NCBI GenBank assembly: GCA_964016885.1
Contig: OZ024740.1
Span: 387,500,001 to 387,564,000, forward strand
Source of the DNA: Eledone cirrhosa
Taxonomy: Eukaryota
Direction of reading: 5' to 3'
DNA: 64,000 nt
Below the pieces are notes generated by a model that had not been told where the DNA came from, did not search any database, and worked only from the letters and a program-made list of their open reading frames with translations. A program made the position numbers and the translations under genes. This document shows, piece by piece, positions 52,250 through 64,000 of the stretch (position 1 is the first letter of the stretch; each line of letters begins with the position of its first letter).

Positions 52250-53110
52250 GGGTCTTAATTCCATCAACCTCTCCCAGTAGCCTATCTCTTTAATTGAGGC
52301 AATTTTCCTGGTGTAATTTCATTGGATTGCTTCAAGTTCCACAGTTAATTTGACACTGTGGAGTGACTATAGCTGAGAGCAATAATCCAGTGGGTTGAGA
52401 ACAAATGTCCTCCATAGGACCAACATCGTTTCTTGGTCATTGTTCTGAATTACATCAAAATCTATCTGGGCAGTCATCTGCACATTGCTGCCATCTTGGT
52501 GATACGTGCATGAAATGATGCATTGTTGCTCATATCAATTCACAGGTTCCACATTGATTTTGACTTTGGGATATCAATCCCTCCTGGTCCAAAGTAACTT
52601 TGTTTAATTTGTTTGAGATAAATTTTCTCGCATTAAACTGGATATTGTTGTTCTTGGCTCATTTGTATATGGCATCTAAGTCTCACAGTAAAAGAGTAAC
52701 AGCAACTGTATTCTTGTTTACCTGTGCTACTTTTGTGTCATCAGCTAGTGAGAGTGTACAAATGAGGGTATATCTGAGAGAAACACCACAAGTGGCCCCC
52801 AGGGCCTGTGAGGCTTTTATCATTTGGTTCTTGTTTCATGTCTACCCCTACTTCATTCCCCATAATATTGTGTACCATGTTTAGCTGTGGCTTGACTAAG
52901 TCATAGAAATGCTCAGACTCATTTTCCTCCTGTCTTTCTTAGGCTAGGCCATGGGCCTGTGAAAGCCAAAGTTCTTCAAGGTCTCAGCAATAAAATCGGG
53001 TGAAAATTCCTCAACCTTACTCCATGCCAGCAGCAATAGCCAGAGTTCTTCAAACTGCCAGTTCTGTTACATTTTCTAGACATTGTTTGCCTTCACCTGT
53101 CCTTCTATGA
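52250..53110 (-). mobile_element. Degenerate CR1-group LINE fragment
   Basis: Minus strand reads MLVLWRTFVLNPLDYCSQL*...ELEAIQ*NYTRKI...YWERL. Confidence 0.55.
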
Positions 53111-53931
53111 GTGTGCATTTACTGGAATTCATCTCCTTATTTATTCGGTATCAGTGAGCTGAGAGAAAGAATGGGGAAGAAAGAGAGGTAGAGTGAGTAA
53201 AACTGGGAAGGAAGGGATACAATAGAAGAGGAGAGAGAGAGAGATTTCTATGGAAGTTTAAAGAGAGAATTCTAAAATGAGCCCTTGATCAATTTTCTTT
53301 TTTTTGATAATATAGAGATATGTACGAAATTTGTTAAGAGGCAATCTCATTAAATAAAAAAAAATTAGCAATTTTGTGTGCGTATGTATATGTGTGCATG
53401 TGCATACATTTATATGTATGAGCATATAAGTATAAACGCGCAAACACAGACATACATTCACACAAACACACATACATTCACACACACATACACATACATT
53501 CTCACAACAATACACTCTCACAAACACACACATACATTCACACAAATACACACATACATTCACACACACATACACTCACACAAGCACACATACATTCACA
53601 CAAACACACACATACACTCACACACACACAGCATAGTGAATGGAACGCCAGCTGCTGTCTTTCACCATCCCCTTCCTTCCTTTTACACACACATACATTC
53701 ACACAAGCCAGCCCCCCCCCCCCCCCCCCCACACGCACACCACACACACATTGTGTGATGGATGGAAGTCACTCAAATATATATATATAAAGCAATATAT
53801 AAATTAATAATTTTATAGGTACTTTTTCAAATATTTCAAATTGATAAGTCAATACAATTATAAAGAAAACTTAAGCAGTTTTACAATTCCTTTTTCTGCT
53901 TTTCTTGCATTTTGTTAACAAAAACCTGTAG

Positions 53932-54093
53932 ACTTAGATGAATGTGCGGAAGGATTCCACAACTGTCCAAAACATATGATATGTCAAAATACAATTGGCA
54001 GTTTCAATTGTCTTTGTGCTTGGGGCTATCACTGGATTCATGGTAGTTGCACTGATGCACCACTGAAACACCAAACCATTACGCCTGTGGAAT
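53932..54093 (+). CDS. Coding exon 5: calcium-binding EGF domain ([40 protein letters not shown])
   Basis: Matches the EGF_CA consensus DxDEC...CxNTxGSFxCxC. Phase 1 to 1, donor AAT|GTAAGT. Not in the ORF track. Confidence 0.9.
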
Positions 54094-55646
54094 GTAAGTA
54101 TTTGTGTATTATCATCATTATTTAATATTTGTTTTCCATGCTAGAAAGGGTTGGATACATTGTCATAGACCAAGTCAGTACTTAAACAGAGCTGCTGACC
54201 TCTCAGATGGACTGGGGCCCATATTTTGCTTACATGTGTTTCTGCACTCTACTGAGTCCCCAAATTGGCTGGGAACCCTGCATCTTACTTAAATATCTAT
54301 TTATATATATGCACTCATATACTCTGTTATATTTATGAAGAGACTTAATCTGTCACTCTGTTTAACACTCCCATCTGGCCCTTGTGTACAAATATTCAGA
54401 CCAAATCTCAGGCCTAAAATAATTTCTTTCTTTCCTACTATCAGTTTAGGAAGCTCTGAATAGGCTCATTAAAAAAAAGGTCAACACCAATATTTATGTA
54501 CAAATAATTTAAATTTACAAAAGTCAATGGATTTATATGAGGTAGCTATAGTTGATAAATCTTCAATGCCCCCACATATATATAAAATGATAAATTAGAA
54601 GGTGATATGTTTGAATTTCACCACTTCTATTCATACATAATCACTGTTATACATATTTTGATGGCATTTGTCATGTAATACTCAATGATGATTTCACCAA
54701 ATGGCTTTTTTACTTGCATAAACATTAGTGATGTAAGTTCTTATCCAATATACCAGCTAGCATATATAATTGTTTCTACTTTTGACACAAGGCCAGCAAT
54801 TACCCAGTGTATTATTGGTACTTTATTTTATCGACCCCGTAAGTATGAAAGGCAAAGTTAACCTCGGCGGGATTTGAACTCAGGTCATAAAAAGCCGTAA
54901 TTATGCTGAAAAGCATGGCGTCCGACTCTCCACCAATTCTGCCAATATATAATGACCCAGAGATGTTTTATCTTGTTTGTATCACTTAGGGTATGGTTAC
55001 TCCATGTTCTATAGCTGGAGGTGGTTCCTATTAACCCAATCTTTTTTTCTTGTCATCCTTATAATATTCTCTTCTTGATTAGTCATTTTGTTGACACTTA
55101 AGGCAATCCACTATACATCTATGTCGAAGTGAAAACTTTAATTCTATTTTCAGGCTGAGCTGACCTGACAGCTCCATATGCAAATGAAGCTAATCATCCC
55201 CATGTACATAGGTGTAAAAACTATATATTTTTGCCTGTATTAAATTCCAGCAGAGAGCAGGGTTGGGTAAGCACTGTCTTGATAACAGCAATAAGCCAGA
55301 AATTGATAGTTATCCTCTACTACTTCTGCTGGAATCTGCTAGATGGTATTAGCCATCAGCTTCCAAAATTCATAGCTAAAGGGCTTTCAAATGTTTATAC
55401 GTAAGCATAGCGTTTATCATTAGATATAAAAAATTCACATACTTATATGTATACAACTATGTCAAAATGAAAACTTTATATATATCTATATGTGTGTGTA
55501 TGTATGTAAGAATGTATATACATACACCATCATCATAACCATTGTCATCTATTGAGGGAGGTTTGGTAAAATAAGTAACAATGTTATAAAATGTTTAGAC
55601 ATGCAAAATGCATTGTGTTATTTAGCTAGATCTCTTTGTATTCTGA

Positions 55647-56396
55647 TTTAGCCTTTTTGATACCAACCCACCCAAAACTGCCTCTGGTTCTATAGAACAA
55701 AATAACCTATTTTAAAGTGTTCCTATTTAAATATAAATCTTCCGACATCATTTTTATAAGAGAACCTTTTGTTATGTTACAAATATCACCTTAATAAAGA
55801 AATAATAATATTAATAAATCCTCCAAATTCTTCATTAATTAATTCAATGACAGCTTATTTTATTAGAAATATGGTAATGAAAGCGTTAAAGTTCTGGTAA
55901 GATTGACTTTGCTTTTCAACCTTATGGGATCAATAACATAAAGTATCAGTGAAATACAAAGTCAATGTAATTGTCTATATTTTTTTCTGCCGTATTCCTG
56001 GCCTTTCATTTATGTCAATAACGAAAGGATATTGACAGTGAATTTGGTAGATATAGTAGTGTTTATACAATATTTAGTTTTACATTCAAATTTTATGCAA
56101 ATTGAATTTGGAATCAATAAAATAAGTGCCACTCATATATCCCCTTTAATACCAAAACACCCCAAACCACTAGTGGTTCTATAATACTAAACTGTTTGTA
56201 TTAGAATGTTTATATTTTTCTAAAATCTTTCCATCATAACTTATGTAAGAACCCTTGTTAAGCTGTGCTTCAGACTCCAGCTTAATAATGAGAAAGTTAA
56301 TTATATTTCTAAATCCTCTTGAAGTCTTGATTATTTTCAAAATTATTTGAAAACCCTAAGTAGTGTCTTTCATTTTAAAAATGATAATTAAAGGGA
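55647..56396. mobile_element. Two diverged copies of a ~250-bp MITE-like repeat (55647-55890 and 56140-56396), possibly piggyBac-related
   Basis: Shared cc(c/t)ttt..tacca...ggttctata...aagaaccc(t)tt...aaagggtt-like ends. Confidence 0.4.
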
Positions 56397-56982
56397 TGTA
56401 CCATAATCAAATCATTTGACTATATCCTGTAACATTTGAAAACTATATACGGCATCAACATCTAGTTAGTTCTTTCTGCTGTATCTTCATTGCTGTATCT
56501 TAATAAGACACATCTAAAATAATAACTTTTTAATAGGCACAAGGTCAAACATTTTTAGAGGAGAGTTAGTTGTAAATCAATTCTAGTACTTCACTGCTAC
56601 TTCATTTTATCGGCTTTGGAAGGATGAAAGGCAACATTCACCTCGGTGGGATTTTAACTCAAAATGTAAACAGCCATTAGTTAATACAGCAAAGTATCAT
56701 CAGACACTCTAATGATTTTTCCAATCCGGCGTGCAATCACAGAATAAGTTTAAATCTACTTGAGCTGAGAGCATCTAGTGTAGCTGTAAGATCTTGGTGA
56801 GTAGAGACCACGAAATAGTGCTATTTTTGATTGAAACTATTTTACTTCACATATATCAATAATGCCCTTTATGAAAGTTGCAATTGTGCTGCAAGCTTTT
56901 TTCTCTTCTCCAGTAAATAGGTCTTGTATTTATCAACATTTGTTCTTTTCACTCTACATCATTGCTTCTCCTCCTCCTCCTC

Positions 56983-57258
56983 CTCATCATCATCGTTTAA
57001 CGTCCATCTTCCACGCTAGCATGGGTTTGGATGGGAATTTTCCCACTTGAGGCAAGATTGGTTGTCTTGCGGGTTTTCTACGGCTGGATGCCCTTCCTAA
57101 CACCAACCACGTTTACAGTGTGGACTGGGAGGTTTTTACCGTGTTACCTACACGGACACATTACAGTGTGGACTGTGTGTTTTTTGTCGTGACACCTACA
57201 CGACCTCATTTATTTAGGACTGGATGTTGTGGTACCAATATAACTTTACATTGAAAGT
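56983..57258 (-). mobile_element. RTE 3' UTR fragment (another at 57735-57841)
   Basis: catcatcgtttaacgtcc...ggatgcccttcctaacacc. Confidence 0.8.
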
Positions 57259-58085
57259 TGTCAATACTCATCCTTTTCCATCTAGAAGGTTTTAAACCCC
57301 ACTATCAGGCTAATTTTCTTGAATCAATATACAGTGAAAGCTTCTATTTCTAATTCAGTTTCAAACTTCACTCGCTATCTTCAAAACAAAACGGCTACTT
57401 TGTTATTAAACTTAGCAAAATATAGTATTTTATAGAAATTTATCATGGGGGACACTCTGATATGTTCACTGGAAATTATAGCTGCTATTGATTTTAGTTC
57501 TCAGTTCATTGTTAGGTAAATACAACACTTTGCAAGTGAAGGAATATCAACCATTTTATCTCTTATAAAATATGGAGACTTTGTGTCATATCAGAAATAA
57601 AACAGCAAGATATGTTTTAGTAGCATGAGAAGTAAACATTAGCAAGTAAAGATTAGAAGTAAAGATTGTGATATGATGAGATCTTTTTACAGGATCTTTT
57701 TACATTGTGTGTAAATGACACACACACAAATATATCATCATCATCACCGTTTTACGCCCGTTCTTCCATGCTAGCATGGGTTAGACGGGTTGTCCTGTTG
57801 TGGGCAGTGTCCGGTCGGCTGACCTTGTCTTGCTCATACAGATATATATATATATTTGTTTTGCAAGGTTTTTGATATGAAATCGTGTGTTGAAATAAAT
57901 ATTGTTATACTTGGGGAGGGTCATATTCTGTATCTTTTATAACTCCATTGGAAATATAAAAGATACAAAAGCGAAAACCAATCCAAACCAAACAGTGAGT
58001 GTGTTTTATTATTATTTCTGGCAATATTATAACGATATGGCCCTCCCCAAGTATAGCAATATATATATATATATATATATATATG

Positions 58086-58436
58086 CAACAGGTCAAAATT
58101 AACTTTGCTTATTCATAGTTGCTCTTATATATATTTTGGTGATAATCATTATGCAACAGTAATTACCTCAGAATTTGACAGCTCGAATTTGAACAGAAAA
58201 ACAAAGATGAAATAAAGCTTACTTCTGTTATTTCGATTCCTTGATATGCTCCAGGCTTAATTTTAGTGTTGCTTTCTCAAGACATTTATTTCGAAATAAC
58301 GGAGGTAAGCTTTATGTTTTCCTGTTTTCTGTTCAAATTCTAGGTGTCTAATGAGATCATTGCTGTTGCATAATGGTTATCACTGAAATATATATAACAG
58401 TGACTATGAATAAGCAAAGTTAATTTTGACCTGCTG
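58086..58436. mobile_element. Foldback/MITE with ~150-bp imperfect terminal inverted repeats
   Basis: caggtcaaaattaactttgcttattcatagt...tatttcga versus tcgaaata...actatgaataagcaaagttaattttgacctg. Confidence 0.8.
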
Positions 58437-58573
58437 ACTTATACTTCATGTTTATAAATATACTCCAGAGTAAACAGACCCACCTGCACACTTCATTGAG
58501 TGCTCTACCCTGCATACTGAAGTATTGGTGATTAACCAACACATACTCAAATTAATATTATATATATATATAT

Positions 58574-58768
58574 ATATTTAATATAGAAAGGCTTCTACAG
58601 GACTAGAACTGTTTCATTCAGGAGAAATCATCGGGAAGCCTGATGATTTCTCCCAAATGAAACAGTTCAAGTCCTGTAGAAGCCTTTCTATATTAAATAT
58701 TTATACTCTGCTTTGTATTGAGTACCTTACTTACTGTGTTTACCCGTGATTGAACCCGGGATAAACTT
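58574..58768. mobile_element. (TA)n-embedded palindromic Penelope pseudo-LTR remnant with back-to-back hammerhead-like cores
   Basis: Arms at 58574-58634 and 58639-58700. The + strand reads CTGATGA-tttctcccaaat-GAAAC-agttcaa-GTC, mirrored on the - strand. Confidence 0.65.
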
Positions 58769-58779
58769 ATATATATATA

Positions 58780-61047
58780 TCATCATCACCGTTTTACGTT
58801 CGTTCTTCCACGCTAGCATGGGTTAGGTGGGTTGTCCTGTTGTGGGCAGTGTCTGGTTGGCTGACCTTGTCTTGCTCATACAGGAACTGATTCTGGCTTG
58901 ATTCCTACAGCTGGATGCCCTTCCTAACACCAACCTCATTTACAGTGAGTGCTGGGTGCTTTTTTCTGTGGTGCCTACACGTCCACTTTACAGTGTGGGC
59001 TGGGTGCTTTTTTGCCGTGGCACCTCCACCACCACTTTGCAGTGGGAGGTGTGGGGGCATATTGTCTATATGCTTCAGCTTCGGCTTGTACCCAGTATTA
59101 CTGCATGATACCAGAGGTCACGGTCGTGTGTCATCGTCTTTGAGAGGTGTAATTGGGTAAGGTCAGCTTTTATCACCTCATCCCAGGTCTTCTTGGGTCT
59201 CCCCACTCCACGGTTTCCATTGACTTCTAGTGCTCTGCACCTTTTTATGCAGCTGTCATCCTTCATACGCAACCGCCTCTCCTGCACACAGCATTTGATT
59301 CCTCTTATACTCAGCTGCTCTCTCAATTCATTTATGCTTTGCCGTTCGTGTATATTACTATTACACATCCATCGGAGCATGCAGGCTTCGTTTCTTTCTA
59401 ATCTACGTAAGTCTTCCACCTTCAGCGCCCAGGTCTCACTACCATGTAACATTGCTGTTCGTATACACGCATCATACAGTCTGCCTTTCATTTTGAGGGA
59501 AAAGCCTTTTGCAGCTAGCAGTGGCTGTAGCTCCCTGAACTTCTTCCACCCCGTTCTTACCCTAGGTATTGTACTTTCTGAACACCAACCTCTGCTGCTA
59601 ATTCAGTCACCTAGGTAGCAGAAGCTGTCTGCTGTTTCTACAGAGCCCTCCGAGAGATTGGTGGTACTTGTTTCCTGTGGCTGTTTGCTGCTTGCTGTCC
59701 CAGCACAGCTGCTACATGTGAAGCCTACATTCTTAATTAAGCTTCCTGAGATCCCGCTACATCTCTTGTGTACCCATTGTTTGCATTTGGGGCAGAGAAT
59801 GGAGTTCCTACCTACACCTTTCCTACATACTGAGCAAGGCCATTTCCCTGAGGGGGATCTGGGTTCTGTTTTCTCGTCTACTTACAAGGACCTTAGTCTT
59901 TGTCAGGTTGACCCTTTCTCTCTAGTCCCTGCTTCCAAGTTTGGAATTTCTTCTCTAGTTCTACCATAGATTCAGCTATAAGTGCAAGGTCATCTGCATA
60001 CAGGAGTTCCCATGGGCATCCGGTCTTAAACTCCTCCGTTATTGCCTGCAGGACTATGATGAACAGGAGAGGGCTAAGAACAGAGCCCTGGTGGACACCG
60101 ACCTGTACGCTAAATTCCTCGCTATACTCATTGCTAATCCTAACTTTGCTGACTGCTCCCCTATACATGGCTTGTACAGCTTTCACAAGCCAGTCATCTA
60201 CTCCTAGTTTTCTGAGAGCCCACCAGATTATAGCACGTGGAACTCTGTCAAAGGCTTTCTCGAGATCGACGAATGCCAAGTAGAGTGGCTTACTTTTAGC
60301 TAGGTACTTTTCCTGTAACTGCCTCACAAGGAAGAGGGCATCAGTGGTACCTCTTGCTGGTACAAACCCAAATTGCATCTCATCTAGTTTCACCCGGTCC
60401 CTAATCAACTGTGCTATAACTCTTTCTGTTACTTTCATGACCTGGTCCATCAGCTTTATACTTCTATAGTTTCCTCTATCTAGTGCATCACCTTTACCTT
60501 TGTAGCAGTTGACAATGATGCTATAGCACCAATCCTTTGGTATGACATCTTCTAGTATTACCTGGTTAACAATACGTGTGGTTATAGTATGACCTACCGA
60601 CCCAGATGCCTTCAGCATCTCGGCAGCTATACCTGATGGGCCGGTTGCCTTCCCCATCTTCATATCTTTGATTGCCTTACTTACTACGCTGCTGCTGACT
60701 TGTACTGCTGGCCCCTGTAGGGTCTCTTCTTCCCATGCATTCTCCTCTTTTAGTAATCTATCATAATGGCTCTTCGACGCATCTTTCTTCTCAGCACTTG
60801 TGAGGGCAAGCTCACCTTTATCATTCCGGATACACTTCTCTCCAATGACATCACAATTCTCTCTGACACACGGCCTCGCAATCTTGAACACCTCCTGTTT
60901 CCAGTCTTCATATTGCAAAACATGCTTGAATTTTCTATCCTCTGCTTCCCTCCTAGCTAAGTATACTTGTTGCCTAGCTTCTCTCCTGGTCTCTATGTAA
61001 TGTACCCTGCATCCCCCGTTCTTCCATTCTTTCCATGCCTGTCTCTT

Positions 61048-61050
<3 letters not shown>
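58780..61050 (-). mobile_element. 5'-truncated RTE LINE (left arm of a head-to-head pair)
   Basis: ORFs 59893-61050 and 59075-59491, 3' UTR and tail. Confidence 0.93.
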
Positions 61051-61092
<42 letters not shown>

Positions 61093-61096
<4 letters not shown>

Positions 61097-63321
61097 TCAA
61101 GCATGTGTTGCAACGTGATGACCAGAAACAGGAGGTGTTCAAGATTGCGAGGCAGTGTGTCAGAGAGAATTGTGATGTAATTGGAGAGAAGTGTATCTGG
61201 AATGATAAAGGTGAGCTTGTTCTCACAAGTGCTGAGAAGAAAGATGCATGGAAGAGCCATTATGATAGATTACTAAATGAGGAGAATGCATGGGAAGAAG
61301 AGACCCTACCCCAAGTAGACTCTATAGAGGGTAGCAGTACAAGTCAGCAGCAGCGTAGTAAGTAAGGCAATCAAAGATATGAAGACGGGGAAGGCAACCG
61401 GTCCATCGGGTATAGCTGCCGAGATGCTGAAGGCATCTGGGTCAGTAGGTCACACCATAACCACATGTATTGTTAACCAGGTAATACTAGAAGGTGTAAT
61501 ACCAAAGGAATGGTGCAGTAGCATCATTGTCAACTGCTACAAAGATAAAGGTGATGCACTAGATAGAGGAAACTATAGAGGTATAAAGCTGATGGACCAG
61601 GTCATGAAAGTAATAGAAAGAGTTATAGCACAGTTGATTAGGGACCGGGTGAAACTAGATGAGATGCAATTTGGGTTTGTACCAGGAAGAGGCACCACTG
61701 ATGCCCTCTTCCTTGTGAGGCAGTTACAGGAAAAGTACCTAGCTAAAAGTAAGCCGCTCTACCTGGCATTCGTCGACCTCGAGAAAGCCTTTGACAGAGT
61801 TCCCCGTGCTATAATCTGGTGGGCTCTTAGAAAACTAGGAGTAGATGAATGGCTTGTGAAAGCTGTAGAAGCCATGTATAGGGGAGCAGTCAGCAAAATT
61901 AGGATTAGCAATGACTATAGCGAGGAATTTAGCATACAGGTCGGTGTCCACCAGGGCTCTGTTCTTAGCCCTCTCCTCTTCATAATAGTTCTGCAGGCAA
62001 TAAAGGAGGAGTTTAAGACCGGATGCCCATGGGAATTCCTGTATGTAGATGACTTCATACTTATAGCTGAATCTATGGTAGAACTAGAGGAGAAATTCCA
62101 AACTTGGAAGCAGGGACTAGAAAGAAAGGGTTTCAAAGTCAACCTGACAAAGACTAAGGTCCTTGTAAGTAGACGAGAAAACAGAACCCAGATTCCCCCA
62201 GGGAAATGGCCTTGCTCAGTATGTAGAAAGGTGTAGGTAGGAACTCCATTCTTTGCCCCAAATGCAAACAATGGGTACACAAGAGATGTAGCGGGATCTC
62301 AGGAAGCTTAATTAAGAATGTAGGCTTCACATGTAGCAGCTGTGCTGGGATAGCAAGCAACAAACAGCCACAGGAAACAAGTACCACCAAACTCTGCGAG
62401 GGCTCTGTAGAAACAGTAGACAGCTTCTGCTACCTAGGTGACTGAATTAGCAGCGGAGGTGGGTGTCCGGAATCTACAATAACTTGGGTAAGAACGGGAT
62501 GGAAGAAGTTCAGGGAGCTACAGCCACTGTTAGCTGCAAAAGGCTTTTCCCTCAAAATGAAAGGCAGACTGTATGATGCGTGTATATGAACAGCAATGTA
62601 ACATGGTAGTGAGACCTGGGCGCTGTCTGTGGAAGACTTGCGTAGATTAGAAAGAAACGAAGCCTGCATGCTGCGATGGATAATAGTAATATACGCGAAC
62701 GGCAAAGCATAAACGAATTGAGAGAGGGACTGAGCATAAGAGGAATCAAATGCTGTGTGCGTGAGAGATGGTTGCTTTGGTATGGATATCTGATGCGTAT
62801 GAAGGATGACAGCTGCATAAAAAGGTGCAGAGCACTAGAAGTCGATGGAAACCGCGGAGTGGGGAGATCCAAGAAGATCTGGGATGAGGTGATAAAAGCC
62901 GACCATGCCCAATTACACCTCTCAAAGGCGATGACACACGACCGTGACCTCTGGCGTCACGCAGTAATACAGACGCCCCCCCCCCACGGGTACAAGCCGA
63001 AGCTGAAGCATATAGACAATATGCCTCCACACCCTCCCACTGCAAAGTGGTCGTGGAGGTGCCACGGCAAAAAAGCACCCAGCCCACACTGTAAAGTGGA
63101 TGTGTAGGCGCCTAGGAAAAAAGCATCCAGCACTCACTGTAAATGAGGTTGGTGTTAAGGAGGGCATCCAGCTGTAGAAATCAAGCCAAAATCAGTTCCT
63201 GTATGAGCAAGGCATGGTCAGCCGACCAGACACTGCCCACAACAGGACAACCCGTCTAATCCATGCTAGCGTGGAAGAACGGACGTAAAACGGTGATGAT
63301 GATGATGATGATGATGATGAT
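61093..63321 (+). mobile_element. 5'-truncated RTE LINE (right arm of a head-to-head pair)
   Basis: ORFs 61379-62236 and 62676-63107, 3' UTR and (GAT)n tail. Confidence 0.93.
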
Positions 63322-63556
63322 ATATATAATTGTATACATTAGATAGAACCGATACAGTCAATCTATTGTTTTATGAGTAAACGCTTTCTGACAGAGAGGG
63401 GACACTGAAGGATTTGAACTTAAAACATTGAGTTATTTTAACTTCTTTATTTCACATTCCTAATAGATTTGGAAATATTACTCACCTCACTCTTAAGAGA
63501 AGTATTTACAGATAACATTATTCTTTTTGTTCTGTTTTATTTGTTTTTGATTTTAG

Positions 63557-63666
63557 ATAGTGAACCACTGGATGAAGAGGACCTGTTTTCTGGTGAACAA
63601 ATCATGAAAAGCCAGAACTATTTGAAAACGTTGGTTTTAATTTTTATAGGAACGTATATTTTCTAA
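63557..63666 (+). CDS. Terminal coding exon 6 (YSEPLDEEDLFSGEQIMKSQNYLKTLVLIFIGTYIF*)
   Basis: Long pyrimidine tract + ttttag|, phase 1 matching exon 5. Ends in a hydrophobic tail and TAA. Confidence 0.65.
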
Positions 63667-64000
63667 AATGGTTGTGATATTATAACATAAAAATATTAAA
63701 AGAACTTCTTAATATAGCAATTGTTTTGTTTTCTGTTATAGTTGATTTTGGAGTTATCTTTCCTTCTTCATTGAGAAGAGAAGATAAAAGGAATGCTATA
63801 TTCAAGAGTCCCTTGTTATTGTGTAGCTTCAAGTTTTTTTGTTAATGAATGTAATAGAATATGTTAATTTTATTCACAGTTGTATAAAAATATAATATAA
63901 TGCTTACAGAACGAAAACACAAACAAATATAATATATACAAAGGAGAAGGAAAGGAAAAAAAAGAAAGAAAAAAAAACACATTAGCAGGTAATACATGCA

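Noticed and set aside
58780-63321. Twin-priming inversion of one LINE
   Set aside because: Both arms cover the same region and each has its own 3' tail, whereas twin priming gives non-overlapping parts.

Overview
Eukaryotic, AT-rich, microsatellite-dense animal DNA. The repeat families suggest a mollusc, most likely an octopus-type cephalopod (inference). I reconstruct one + strand host gene of six coding exons: 5542-5958, 32809-32976, 48208-48439, 51874-52089, 53932-54093 and 63557-63666. All have GT-AG junctions with matching phases and total 1305 nt (434 aa + stop). The protein has a signal peptide, a KRRKR site, a Cys-rich ASYYMCWYTM...FCPDPC region, a calcium-binding EGF domain and a hydrophobic C-terminal tail. 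Its introns are filled with RTE LINEs that carry a PHD-like finger inside the RT and sit in (TA)n tracts. Also present are Penelope-like elements, CRE, CR1 and L1/Tx1-type LINE fragments, tRNA-derived SINEs and MITEs. The most striking unexplained structure is a set of Penelope-type hammerhead ribozymes. Two have intact cores on the gene's sense strand in intron 1, one with a very long stem II. Related short palindromic remnants are embedded in (TA)n. There is also a ~4.5 kb head-to-head RTE inverted repeat in the last intron. All analysis was by eye; no searches or folding programs were run.
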